From an uncultured Ignavibacteria bacterium (GTDB lineage Bacteria; Bacteroidota; Ignavibacteria; Tepidaquicellales; OLB5), in contig CAWFKW010000003.1 in the NCBI GenBank assembly GCA_963816535.1, positions 845,489 through 909,488 on the forward strand: a stretch of 64,000 nt of DNA, in the 5' to 3' direction. The position numbers and the translations under genes were made by a program. This document shows, piece by piece, positions 63,823-64,000 of the stretch; position 1 is the stretch's first letter; each line of letters opens with the position of its first letter. The notes beneath the pieces are model-generated. The model saw only the letters and a list, made by a program, of their open reading frames with translations. It ran no database searches and was not told the DNA's origin.

Positions 63823-64000
63823 TTAATTAAAAAATTTGACTTCAGTTAACTTAAAAGTCTATTCAAAAAATGTATTATGTGAAGTCCGGGGTGTTGAAAT
63901 ATCAGCAGCTCGGGTTATCTAAATATATCATAACACAATAATTTTTACAAGCAAGAATAGTAGTCCAATACTTTCTAAATTAGATTGTTTATTGGTATTA

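Larger units (their letters stand above)
60200..64000. other. A+T-rich segment, probably a horizontally acquired island (right end not in the window)
   Basis: The composition change relative to mfd and upstream DNA is obvious by eye but was not computed. Confidence 0.5.

Overview
The window looks like a chromosome of an FCB-group bacterium (Ignavibacteria/Bacteroidota-like). Evidence: a fused ccoNO gene, a T9SS C-terminal sorting domain, and TAnnTTTG -7 boxes. No rRNA, tRNA or CRISPR array was recognised. Layout by region: (i) 1-8.9 kb holds an HK97/RcGTA-style phage head-neck-tail module on the minus strand (TerS, TerL, portal, prohead protease, major capsid, gp6-like connector, neck, tail tube). 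A divergent CI/LexA-type repressor directly abuts it, and the connector gene carries an in-frame TAG. (ii) 9-13.2 kb holds two Crp/Fnr regulators plus a ferredoxin, an exported protein, a hemerythrin and TonB. (iii) 13.5-24.3 kb holds a complete cbb3 oxidase cluster (ccoI-ccoS-[PLP lyase]-ccoNO-ccoQ-ccoP-ccoG-fixH-[GxxExxY]-DsbD_2), interrupted and flanked by large tandem repeats. (iv) 24.8-30.6 kb holds a 1110-aa MalT/STAND-like regulator with a C-terminal wHTH+BTAD, an outer-membrane beta-barrel and a BNR/T9SS protein. (v) 30.7-60.1 kb is mostly housekeeping and accessory genes: rhodanese, an orphan ligase-associated exonuclease, an RCK potassium channel, sixA-ppk1, a PAS histidine kinase, arsC, an amine oxidase, a pLGIC-like channel, gatA, tatA, purQ/purS, penicillin acylase, rsmA and mfd. 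(vi) 60.2-64 kb is an abruptly A+T-rich island whose only gene is a 1123-aa membrane-inserted KAP-family P-loop NTPase. This is my best candidate for an uncharacterised defence-type system, but its promoter side runs off the window. Several repeat families occur throughout: heptamer-periodic microarrays, CCCCTCTCC/GGAGAGGGG hairpins with a G-rich tail (one copy in frame inside mfd), CTGGAT-hairpin-ATGAC elements, and two large tandem arrays. All calls come from reading the sequence and ORF translations; no database search or computed statistic was available.
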